Shown here piece by piece: positions 12,601-24,352 of a stretch of 64,000 nucleotides of DNA. Location: assembly GCF_963853765.1 (NCBI RefSeq), contig NC_088854.1, positions 10,354,001-10,418,000 of the forward strand, read 5' to 3'. The DNA is from Magallana gigas (lineage: Eukaryota). Position 1 is the stretch's first letter. The number at the start of each line of letters is the position of its first letter. A program made the translations under genes and the position numbers. The notes under the pieces were generated by a model. That model was not told the DNA's origin, did not search any database, and saw nothing but the letters and a program-made list of their open reading frames with translations.

Positions 12601-14700
12601 TTCATTGAGTTTTAGACTAAGGAGTACTGGTGAATGATCTGACTTATAACTTGCTATGATTTCACTTTCTTGTGACATACATAGTAGGGTATTTGATATT
12701 AAAAAGAAATCTAGTCTTGCTTGTTTAAGAGGGGTTGGTTTACGCCATGTATACCTTTTCTTATCAGGGTGAGTTCCTCTAAAAATATCAATAAGATTGA
12801 ATTGATTTATTTTTTCTATTACTTTATCTCTTGCATTAGGATTGTTAAGATGAAGATAATTGTAATAATCCATATCGGGATCCATAATAAGATTAAAATC
12901 ACCAACAACTATTCTGTCTTTATTTCCTATTTCACTTACAATTAACTAAATTACTATTAATGTACATCAGTACGTTAGCAAGAAACAGCCAAATCGTTTC
13001 ATTTGGGAATTTAAAACTGCCATCATCCTGATTATTTCGTGCATTCCGTGATTTTGTTTATAGGTCTATGTAGGTTTCGACCAATCGATAAACTGGGCAT
13101 GTTGACTTCAGTCTGGCTTTTTCTATTGAGCTATGAATTAACTTTAAGTTTTCGTAAGAAATAGAAAGAATCATACTCGGTAGAAGTAAATATAAATCTA
13201 TTATGTTAAATGAAAAAGCTAAGTCAAAAGCCTTCGTATTCTTTGATTGACCCTCGTATCTTTCTAAAAAATCATGTAACATTGCATTAATTATATTGAC
13301 GTTCTGTCTCTTCGTCGGAAACTCGCCATTGATTACGCTACATTTCTAGAAAAGTACTCAAACGTGGGCTTTTGGACGACAGTATTTACGTAATTGGACA
13401 ACAAGCGCATAAAAAAGGTATTAAAAATTCAGTACATGCATTTAAAGTTTACTTCATTGAAGTTTAGTAATGTTATTCGGGTTTACCAAATAATTGTATG
13501 ACAAAAAGCCCAACACCGGAGACGCATGCAATGGTTGAAAATCTCAGTCTTAATAAGAATTGGATCCATGTCTCTAAACTCTTCCATCTCTATTGTCTGG
13601 TCACAAAAAATGTGTAAAATAATTGTTAGCTAAAAATGTCTAAACCAAACATCGATTTAAATACATTAGAGTTACATACCATTTTAATATTTGGAACATG
13701 ATTAACATTTGTTAATATCAGTAGGTGATGAATTAGCGAGTCTAAAATTATGACTCGATATGTCCATGAAAAGGTAAGTTTTTTTTAATATTCAAAACAA
13801 TGAACCAAATTAATTCAGAAAAAATTAACTGAGAATTCAAGTATTTTCTTTTGTCCAAATCAAATATGAAACTTAGACATGGTATGAAGTAATAAATGAC
13901 GCAACTCAAGTTTCAAAATGAATAACGATTTTACATGACAACGGTGCGAAAAACCATCGTTTTAAGATGAGCCACTTTTTTTTAACACAATGTATATACA
14001 ATATACAGTGAGTTTGAATATGCTTTCTAACAACTTACAAGGTTCTCGCTCTATTTCAAATAATGTACAGTTCTCATATACATAATATATGGAACAAGAG
14101 AGGTTATTTAAGTAACTTTTCATTTATAGGATTCCGAATCAGGCCCCGAGGTTAAAAAACTTTCTTGATTACGATCTCATACTCCAAATCGTACTCCGTG
14201 CTCCAAATCGTACTCGTACTCAAGGTATCGGGGTTATAAAACTTTTTCATACTCATACTCCGGCTGAGTACAAAACGGCGATTTTCTGAGTAAGATTTGG
14301 AGCTTTCTCAAAGTCGTACTCAAGACATTAAATCTAAATAAAATGTAGTGCAAACATATAATATTGTTCATATTGTAATGTTGCTGTATTATACGCTATA
14401 ATTTAATCATAATTACATATGTACATGTATATGAATTAAAATGGAAAGTTTTTACAATTTCATCAATGACATATCTATAGATTTAATGAAGGTGAATTTA
14501 AGAGTAAGGGCGAGCTCAACCAAGATTATCAAAATAACTTTTAGATATTCTGCTTTATAAATTAATGTACTTATACATTGTACATGTAAATCTACGTACA
14601 AAATTATTTCATTGAATATCTCGACTTTTTAAGAATTCTGTTTTTAGTCAAATACGACCCATACTCCCCATCATTTAAAACCAAGAAATCAATGTACATG

Positions 14701-14703
14701 CAT

Positions 14704-14737
<34 letters not shown>

Positions 14738-14872
14738 GAAGGATAATTGTGTTTGCCAGGGGGGGTCCGAGGCATATTTTCGCGATAATTTTACTATGTA
14801 AATTTAATAAATTTTCATTTTCCAGGGGGGGTCGGGACCCCCCCGACCCCCCCCCCTCTAGATCCGCGCATG
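14701..14872. mobile_element. hAT-like GC-rich MITE
   Basis: TIR CATGCGCGGATC / GATCCGCGCATG, G/C runs; TGTACATG target on both sides (overlapping the right end). Confidence 0.7.
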
Positions 14873-17800
14873 TACATGTACCGTTATTAATCAATTTTTA
14901 TCGGTGCACTTGCGGGGTCCCTTCTTTGATTACAGTGAGAATGTACGTAGGTTAGTTCTAAACATTACAAAGGATGATGGATGCATAAAAGTATAACACT
15001 TTCTATTACTTACTTACTCATCATTTATCATTTATGTTGCATTCCACAAACCTTGGAAATGGAAACATTTTATAGAATAAGCGTTAAATCAGTGGCGGAT
15101 TTAATGAGGGCGCACCCGGCGCCCCCTAAAATTGTCAAAATAAAGTTAAATCATATTCCTTCTTGCAAAGAAAATGTACAACTTGCGAGTGTTTTTTTTG
15201 TTGTTGAAAACTTGGGGGATTTCTCTACATTAGACTGATTTCAATGGTGTAATATGAAGAAAACCCGTGTGTTCAATGTTGTAACGTACATAGAAAGCCC
15301 ATTTTAGTTACGCTGTCCTTGTGTTATCTTTTATAACATATATACTAGCTGGGCAAAATTGTTCACCGGGCCAGAATAAGATTGTTCATATACTTTATAA
15401 ATGCTTATTGATTCAATGTAATATTGACTTTTTTAAGAACCATGGATTGATTGTATACATTTGGTTTCCGTATACCAGTAGACAGCTAGAGAGTTTGCAT
15501 CATATCATGGACGAGACCACGGTTATGAAAGCTCTTTTTCTTTTCCGTATAGCTGTATTTTATCGACAGGAAACTTATCCTTTTTCAGTTTTGTAACCTT
15601 TACTCTAGTTTGCTGAATATAATACGCTTGGGACTACTTCGTGTTACCATTGTAGATTATTATGCCTTCTGTCAGTTTGTCACTATATACTCAATACTCA
15701 TCTATTTTCGCATAGTATACAAAGGATTTATATAGCGTAAGCATACTATGTTATAGAAATAGAGCACGGCAAATGTTTTCAAAGCGCCGACAGCGGGTTT
15801 CGAACTCATTCCAGCTTAGAGCCCAACGCGCTATTTTAGCCGATAATGTTATCGGCGGTATTTATATATATAAAACGTAGATATATATTCAACTTACATC
15901 AAGCAATTAAACTTATAAATTTTTTTAAAAACACTTCATTATTGACGGTAATTTTAAAGTTAAAGTTTCTGATAAACTTTTGAATATATTGATTGAACAG
16001 TTTTCAAAGAAATTCCACATGAGAATTACAAAAACGCTTTTTGAAATGACGTTTGATAAAGAATGTACAAGAAAAAGAAATCAATGAAATTTCGTCTGCT
16101 AAACATTTCGAGTTTTCTCGGTAAGGTCAAACGTCTCTCATTTCTTGAAAGAACATGAACCTTTGTTGACTTTTTATTGTACAACAAATTGTTAGTTAAA
16201 TAAACAATCAAATCAATTGATTAATTTGAAGAAAAAAAACCCAAAACAAACGCTTGCTTTTCCGGTGATTATTTTTAGGGACTAACGTTATAGTCAACAC
16301 TCAAACGTCACAGCTACTTAGTTTATTCAACAGTCGGCATAATAATGATTTCAGCCTCCGGCTCTATGTATCTATGTATCAAACCCTGACTACTATTTAG
16401 GCTTAGTACATGCACAACACAACACTATTATATAAATGTTGTAGAATGGTGTATTGTTAATTATACTGTATTTTCATTTGTCCCTTCCTCGTTCTCGAAG
16501 ACGGTATATCATATTCATCGGTGTTAACAAATTATCAACGAATTATAATTTTGAATTAAAAAAAAAGAAAACGGAAAGTTCTTTTTCTTTTTATTTAAGC
16601 CTTCTTAAAACCTCAGTATGATATGGTTTGGTTCCTGCATGCATAATTCGCCTGGAATTAGTCTGGAAGTTTTAGAGACATTGTATCATTTGTATCGTAT
16701 GCTGTGGAGTTTAAGTTTTCGGTCATTAATAACAGACATGACACCATTCGTCTCCTCAATTGATAGCTTTTCCTGCTTTGTTTCGCTCCAAATACGGTTG
16801 AATTTATCGAATTTTTGGGGAAAATGTATTAACACGTATCAAAAACTTATTCATCATTTATTAATAATTTAAAAAGGAGAGTCTTTCAAATATTCATTTT
16901 ATCAGTATTGTAAAAAAAATTTTAAATAGATTAGAAGTCATGTTTTCAGTAAAGATTAATCAACTTTTAAAACCGAGACAAAAAGAACGAAAGACACGTT
17001 TAAGCTATTAGGGGAAAGATAAATTAGAAAAAGTATTTGTAGCTCTGTAATCAATTTAGATTACGACAACATGTTACCCTGTTCATCTATGATTTTCTGA
17101 AGTTAAGTGTTTTTAAACTACTCTGTTTCCTTAGCTATCTCTACATGACTCGAGTTATTACGATTTGCAAATAGTACAGGTGCAAATGACAACCTACAAT
17201 TAAAAACAAAACATAAAATACGTGAAGGTATATAAATATGGTTTATAATTTTATTTTAGGAATACAGAGATTCTATCATCAGGTATGTGAACATTTTTTG
17301 AAGATAAGGGGACAATGCAGAGTGTTGAAGATGCATATTTGTTGTTTTTCACATGCTTTGAAACCAAAAAAAATATTTAAAAACAAAAAACTTATTTTTA
17401 TTACTGTTGAGTGCAATTCGAGAGAAAATAAAAAAAATATTTGGTTAGATTTTTTCCCATAATTAAATGATTTAGAATTGAGTTTTAAAATGCATACTTG
17501 CTTTAATGTGGTCAACATACCCTATCCGTGAAAAAAAAATGTATTTGCAGAACAATACATATTTAATTTAAGATAATCCAGGTAGATGTCTTCCTATATA
17601 TCCCATATACATCATTACTGAGAAAACTTTAATATTCGTGAAAGGTCAGTCACTTGCATTTCAAATTATCAACGTAATAAAGAGATGGTTTTTGTAAATA
17701 TTCACCGACATATTTGTATAAATTTCAAGTTACTTTTTACAATATCTAAATAAAACATGTGCTGCCCAAAGACGTCAATGTAAAATTCTATGTACAATTA

Positions 17801-18000
17801 CTTGGAGCAGATGGTTTTTTTGACAATTTCTTTGGGGGAGTATTTTTATTCTATAACACCGTCAAAATGATATCATGATGAAGAATATCGGACCATTAAT
17901 AGATACAAAATGTGATCGCTCTACATTGATATGATAACAATCATTATTACTCAGATGAATTATTAAGATGATTGAATTTAATCTTTTATCGTTTTACAGA

Positions 18001-18052
18001 ATGTTCATCGCTCTACTTTTCACTGTCAGCATCGCGGTGTATGGAGTTGCAG
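18001..18052 (+). pseudogene. Orphan signal-peptide exon MFIALLFTVSIAVYGVA(G) with apparently mutated donor
   Basis: ttttacag|aATG; hydrophobic 17-mer ending G-V-A; a phase-1 donor would be expected after it but the sequence reads G|ggaaat instead of G|gtaaat. Confidence 0.4.
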
Positions 18053-19036
18053 GGAAATCTCCTCTGAAAGTAGCTCAGTGTTTTCTATGCTTGATTTATT
18101 TATATAGTATGTCAAATATGACGCTGGATTTTTACGATCAGACTATGATGCATCTACAGTAAGGCCAGATTGTCTGACCTTTATAATACTTCTTGTGTTT
18201 AACCGTTAAACACGGCTCAGACTATATTAAACTCGAGAAGCAGAGATTTTTTTATAAATATATTGAAAAATATTCAAAGTTTGGTGGTAAAACATTTCCA
18301 AATTCTTTTACTATAAAGTTTATAAATCGTAGCAAAAAAAAATAACAATGCTAAGATCCCACTGTCGTATGATCTGTTACAAACACTACGGTTGTAAGAA
18401 CGTAACTTATCTTGGAAATTCTCTATAATATTAGGGTTAGGTACGGGATGATCTATGAGTCTATATGTTCTTAAGCGAATTGATATGGGCTTTGATACGA
18501 TAGACATATTTCAGTGCGTATCAATACGGTGATATGCAATTTCTTGAGCTTTGATACAATACTATCACGATAGATACTTCGCAGGGACGCAGTCTGTCCA
18601 ATTCAAGATGGAAGATGGTCTCAAACTGAGCTACGATTACTCGACAACAAATCTAATTAGCCCGACTGACCCTATTGGCACGTCGCAGCTGAATGCAGTA
18701 TGGTGCTTGTTTCCCGTAAGATTAATTCATATCAACATGATTATTGGGGGGGGGGGGGGTTAAATGCGATGTGTTTAGTAACGATACATTGCGACCTGAT
18801 ACGATGATAGCAACTAATTACGATTAAAAATTTGTTGTGTTGATCGTGAAAAAAAAAATGACTCAAAAACTGATCCACGATTAAGGCGAATGCCACAGCA
18901 TACATAAGATTTAATGAGAATTGATGCGATTACTAGGATAACTCTACGATCAAATCCGCGATTTTAATTGCATGCGTTGTGAATCGTGATAGTGAGAACG
19001 TAGCATTAAGAATAATTCTGTTAAAATAAGGTATTT

Positions 19037-19565
19037 ATGGCCTTGTGCATTTGTTTGTCCACTTATGATGCTGCTGATGTTTGGATTTATCGAATATCAT
19101 TTTGGGCGCCAATATTCCGTGTCATTTTGGTACGTACGATTTGAACAGCGGTGTTGAAATTTCCTTAAAAGAATTTCTGAGTGCTACAAGAGGCTTCACA
19201 AAAATGGATCCAACTACACTGTTTGAACGCTTGGACACAAATGGTAAGTGAATTGCTTGAGGATGGTTAATCACTTTTTAACACATGGGACCCTGACATT
19301 AGTAACTCTATTTAAATGCTGTAGGATTATGGTTTTTTTATGTTTAAACCAACATGTTACCTTCTGAATTGTTTCAGGTGACGAGACTATCAGTATAGAC
19401 GAATTTACTCACGTAGACCCAACTTTGGGAGATGCGGGAATCATTCCTCGTTGTCGGCGTGGTTGGTGCGTGTCTATTAAAATTGGATGCATTACTATTA
19501 CTATCAGTTCTGACAGGCAGACGCCTACCCAAGCTGAAAGTGAAAAAAATTCTTCTGAGAATTAA
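19037..19565 (+). pseudogene. Small secreted double EF-hand precursor with furin site and C-terminal Cys-pair peptide; signal peptide frameshifted (pseudogene or assembly indels). Exons 19037-19243, 19378-19565
   Basis: Open frame 19078-19243, AAT G|gtaagt donor, gtttcag|GT acceptor (phase 1); EF loops DLNSGVEISLKE and DTNGDETISIDE; RCRR at 19449-19460; stop 19563-19565; AATAAA 19578. Removing 1 C (19059-60) and 1 T (19086-88) gives MALCICLSLMMLLMFGLSNIILGA. Confidence 0.7.
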
Positions 19566-21073
19566 AAATGTATGTTAAATAAACATCAGAGAATGGAATT
19601 ATTTGTTTTGAATTGCATAGTAAGGAAAGTTTATGGCTACATGTATATACATAATATGTGAACTGCAAAACTCATTTAAGCGACGATGATCAAAGTTTAG
19701 CTAAGGTTATCCAAGAATTCTAGAGGAATTCTACATATGAAAGATAACAAAGACAGACAGACATACTTTTCAGGGTTAGATTGGTTTGACACCATAAAAG
19801 TTTAAAGGTCAGGCACAGTTTAAAAAAACAAGGGAAGGGGTGTGAAGAGAAAATTAGTCGACATAATGTACATTCACGCATATTTTCATATGCGGGGGTA
19901 GGAGTGAGGTCGCCAAGAAACTCCGAGAGACAGAAGCCTTTGAAAAGACTTCTTTTTTTTCACTTTAATCAACTCTTCTATGCAGTTACTCTGGCAAACC
20001 GGAAGTAAAACAGTGTTTGCCCCTAAGGACAAATCATCAACGCTGACAAAACGTAGTACTTGAGAATAATCGATAAATCCGATGTAATGTATTTTGAAGC
20101 ATTGTTTGTTAAGAAAACTTACTTATAAAAACCTTAAAAATAGTCAGATTTTTTATAGTACGAAAAATTTAGATATTTTTTGTAGTCGTATGTATTCCTA
20201 CGCAAAAGCTCGATTACAGCGGTAGCAACAAACTGTCCAATCTAAAGATAGAACCAGTACTGGCGTATTCTAGATCTCATTATCATTTGCTTGTTAAAAA
20301 CTGCTTTGATACACTTTTCAAAAATATTTTAATTACAGATACATTATATATCGTAGATTTTGATCGCGTTAATTCTATCTTTGTATATTACACAACGTGG
20401 TTCATATGGAGTTTTCCGTCTATAGCTGGGAATTCTTGTCGGAAAATCCCGTTAGAAAACAATGTGCGTAATTATTCAAATACAGCTGAGAAACTACTTG
20501 CCATGCGAAATAACATATGTTGACATCAAAATAAATAATAATCAGTAAAATCAACTCCCGTCATTACAATGTACTTGATTAAAAGGCAAAACCGTTCAAA
20601 TTGCCTTAATTTTAAATATATTTGTTTTCCTGTTAATGTATATTTGTCTGTACAACTAATGTACGTATATTTCCTTTTTAGAAAGTTTGTACAAAATATT
20701 GTATCCCCCCCCCCCCCGAAGTTGGTCAATTAAGTTAAAATAACTCAGCTGGGGCTTCATCCTGGATAGTCAGGTAATCCGCCATTAGATCTTCCTAATT
20801 TAGATAAAAATTTTAGCCATTAAAAATATTCTTTAAGAAAAATTATTCAATGTTTTAGCTATAAATATTGAATTGTTTCCTATATCTTCTTCAAAACTCT
20901 CCTTCTAAAAGGAAATACAGTATAAACATCCCTCTTGTCAAATAAGGATATATAAAGTGTCTTTTTGAAATACAACTCCAAACTTAAAAGACCAATATAT
21001 GCTCCAAGTATATTTTTTGTGGTTGGGGAGGGGGTATTTTATAGAGAAACACAAAAAAAGGATTTAGCTTTAA

Positions 21074-23864
21074 AGGGTACCTGCAGTGCCGGTCAATTTT
21101 TGATATAAAGAAGATCTTTGTGTAAAAACATCATCCTGAAAATTTTACAGCGATTGCATAAGTAGTTTTCGAGATATTTGGGGAAAACCCGATTTCACAC
21201 CTGAACGAGTTTTGAATCAAGCCGATTTGGCGCGAGATGAACTGTGACGTCACGGGCTCAACGCGACTGTTGTTCGTTTTCTTGCATTGTTTAATCGATA
21301 TATGAACATTTTTTTCTGTTGTTTTATTTCCTTATCAACCCTGGATGACTAAATATACTGCTGTTTGAGTTTAAACCCGTTTTTTTATCGAAAAAAAAAT
21401 GCCGAATTCGGAAAATTGTTTGCTTCATGAATTTAGTCAAATGTGTAACACATTTTGCATATAAATGCACAGCATATGTAGCAAAATGGCAATTAATCAA
21501 ACTTTTGTTTTAAGAAACATATTTTGTTAATATTGTCATTCTTTCGAATGATATTCCCGTGACCTTATTTACCGATTAATAATATTGATAATACATATTT
21601 CGTAAAAGGTAACGCGGGGTCTATTCCTTGTATAAGGCATAAAATTACAAATGATTTCGCCCGATTATTCAATAATAATGATATAGGACTAATAACAATC
21701 AAAATAGTATGCATTCTTTAACAAACAAACAGGGATTATAAACGAATCAAGGCGAAAGTCCAAGATGGCTGCATGATTAAGTCTGTCTCGTATTCTTTTA
21801 AAATTTCATTTTACATTTATTTACATCCTTTGTCAAAATGTTCAAGTTACTTCAGATTTCATAATGATTAGCTGTCAGTATCACAGGGGCCAAGCCCGTT
21901 TTAACATTAATTTCAATGTAACCATAAATAAAGAAAGGGGTCGAACTCTGACCCAGATAAAAAACTACCAGCTCGCTTCAAAAGCCTAATAAATCAATTA
22001 TTTTTTACAACACTTGCAATATGCATATATTTTTCAGAAAAGTAATGTCTAAGATACACTCATGCCGAATTTCAAGTTGATGGGTCTTAAAATAGCGGAG
22101 ATATACGTCATTATTCTCTCGAAGTCGCCAGTTTATTTTTACTCGGACATTTACCGGTCCAGGGCTCACGATGGGATTAGCAGCAGTAATGCAACAAGCC
22201 GAGAAAAATTCGCACTAATCTTTTAAAATCTCACATCAAACGCACGCTACTTACATCCTTAAATTCCGATAAAATTCCGTAAATACTCTCCAAACTGAAC
22301 TTTTATTCTGCAGCCACATCAACTTCTGACCAGCCCGGCCATTTTGACGTCTTCGAGAAAGACTGATTCTGATTGGACCATCAGGAATATTAACCAATGA
22401 AACTGAGTTTAAACATTTTCTATCACAATGGCCGAAATAATTACTTGATCACATAAAAAAGGTTTAAATCGCTGAATTGTAAATTTGGTCATTATTTCAG
22501 TGATTAGATAAGTAACAATAAGGCATTTACTTCGAACATTAGTTTTACTATTTGATAATCTTTAATCACTGATTGACGGACTAGATCTTCGTTAGTTTAC
22601 CTGTTTAAATGTGTCATTGTCTCGGATCACTCGTGTATGAAAGGATATTATGTAATCAAAGAATGAATAATGAACATAAATCTGCCCATGCAAGCGTTTT
22701 AAGATATCGTATTCATCGGTAAAAGGGCGACGAGAATAGCAAATTTTAAAATCCTTTAAAAATAAATCTGACTGTAAAAAAATAATTACGGATACAAATT
22801 TCTAAATCTACAATACTTAAAATAACTAGATACGTCAAAACATCAGACCTATATTAATCATTTTTGCTGAAAAATCGAATTTAATTTGTAAAGCTTTGTA
22901 AAGAAATTTCCCTCCTGTTGACATCGTGACGTCACTTCCGCTGAAGCCTTGTTATCGCCTAATCACCCCTGCGAATGTGTTCGGAATGTTTTCTTTATCG
23001 TTGCTAAGTTTTTAATAAATCCAGAGGTGCTCGAATGAAAGTTCACGAGACTTCACCGAGATTTGTTCAGTTCCTGTGAAATTTCGAGCGGAAGTATAAG
23101 TGTTCGGATAATATTCTCAAAATACGTAAGTACTGGTCGATTTTCATATCATATTCTACTTTGATTTATGTTAAAACATAAATATCTTTTAATATGTATG
23201 TCTTATTTCACCATTTAGCGGTTTTTTAAATTAAACGATGATATTCAGAATAGAGTTAAAATCATAGCCATGTTTGATGCTTGTGGTGTGCAATATCATG
23301 TTTTTAAAAATAAATAATGGGTGAATGTTTTGCATAAAAACTTAGTATATCGAGCCATTTTCAAGGAGCATTCTGCATAAAATAGTACAGTCTGTTTCAC
23401 TATTGATGTTATTACTAGGTCAGGCGCGGATCGAAAATTAATTCTTAAGGGGGATCTCTACTACGCATGTTAATTGTCGCAACAGCAGAAAAATAACTAT
23501 TTTTTGTATTGTCACATTTATTTCTAGAACACATTTTATCCACCAATTAATGAAGATAAAGTTTAAAATCAATAAACCTCTAGAATTTATATTTGACTAC
23601 CTAGATTCTCTAAAATAGACTATAAACACGAGGCACGATTTTTACTGCGAAACTGAGGGGGTCAAATAAAACCACGTGGTCTAAAATTTAAATGACAATA
23701 ACATTCGCAGGGGTGATTAGATTTCCCAAAGCAGATAAAAATAGCCACTTTGAAGCGGCGTAACTCCGTTATTTTTGCATCGATTTCGATGCGGTTTTTG
23801 CATTAAATTTTGGTAATTAAACTCTTTGACATATGTTTCACATCGGCTTGGCTGCAGGTACCCT
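21074..23864. mobile_element. 2.8-kb non-autonomous Kolobok-type DNA transposon
   Basis: 13-bp TIR AGGGTACCTGCAG / CTGCAGGTACCCT with perfect TTAA TSD (21070-21073, 23865-23868); RR..YY termini; no ORF >=60 aa in the track. Confidence 0.85.
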
Positions 23865-24352
23865 TTAAATAAAACGTTATTCTACATGGTAAGATGAATG
23901 AGTCCCGTCGTTTTAAGATAATGTAAGCAAAAATATCATATTGTTTAAACTGTGCCCTTCGTCTCAACAACCTCTTCACATTTTTTAATGTAAAAAATGT
24001 TCACAATTTTGCCCGCATATCTTTGGTTTCAGTAAAACCGGTGTCGGAAAATAAATAAGATTTTTCGTGAAATCCAATTTCACCGGTAATTCTTCTCTTC
24101 TTCTTCTTCCAGTACAGAGTCGGACTCTTCTTGAGTGTATAGATGACTCTTGCTCGTACAATCATGAGGCCTTCCCTCCTCACTTAATAAAAAACTATTT
24201 ACAAGAAAGTTATTTACAAATAAAACTATGAACATCTGGGGTCGAAGGAGTTCTAGGTGTGTGAGGCTCCTGTCAATTAAAAGTTAAGGGGTAGTTATTT
24301 GCTATTCACCATTTGAATGGTATTGTCGAATTGTATATTTTGTGTTTACTGG

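Larger units (their letters stand above)
6816..12939 (-). mobile_element. 5'-truncated, degenerate Tx1/L1-clade LINE (APE endonuclease part, RT, C-terminal zinc knuckle, 3'UTR, poly-A), interrupted by RTE and MITE
   Basis: GDFN, RLDFFLIS, SDH (EN); NWRPVSLLN, DFEKAFDSVSW, QGDLISS, YADD (RT); CSLCQSNEETIMHLFWDC; poly-A (T10 at 6829-6838); 17-bp TSD aatt(c/a)actaaattacta at 6799-6815 and 12940-12956; several stops and frameshifts. Confidence 0.9.

Noticed and set aside
13240-13260. Mariner-like terminus (minus strand TACGAGGGTCAATC)
   Set aside because: No partner TIR or transposase remnant found in the window.
13502-13620. Peptide RRRMQWLKISVLIRIG resembling the EF-gene C-terminal peptide
   Set aside because: Stop immediately upstream, no EF-hand or splice acceptor; similarity compatible with chance.
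14604-14955. Gly/Pro-rich ORFs
   Set aside because: Arise from G/C homopolymer runs of the hAT-like MITE.
16600-16850. Minus-strand coding-looking stretch (DKFNRIWSETKQEKLSIEE...)
   Set aside because: Bounded and interrupted by stops, no splice sites or recognisable motif.
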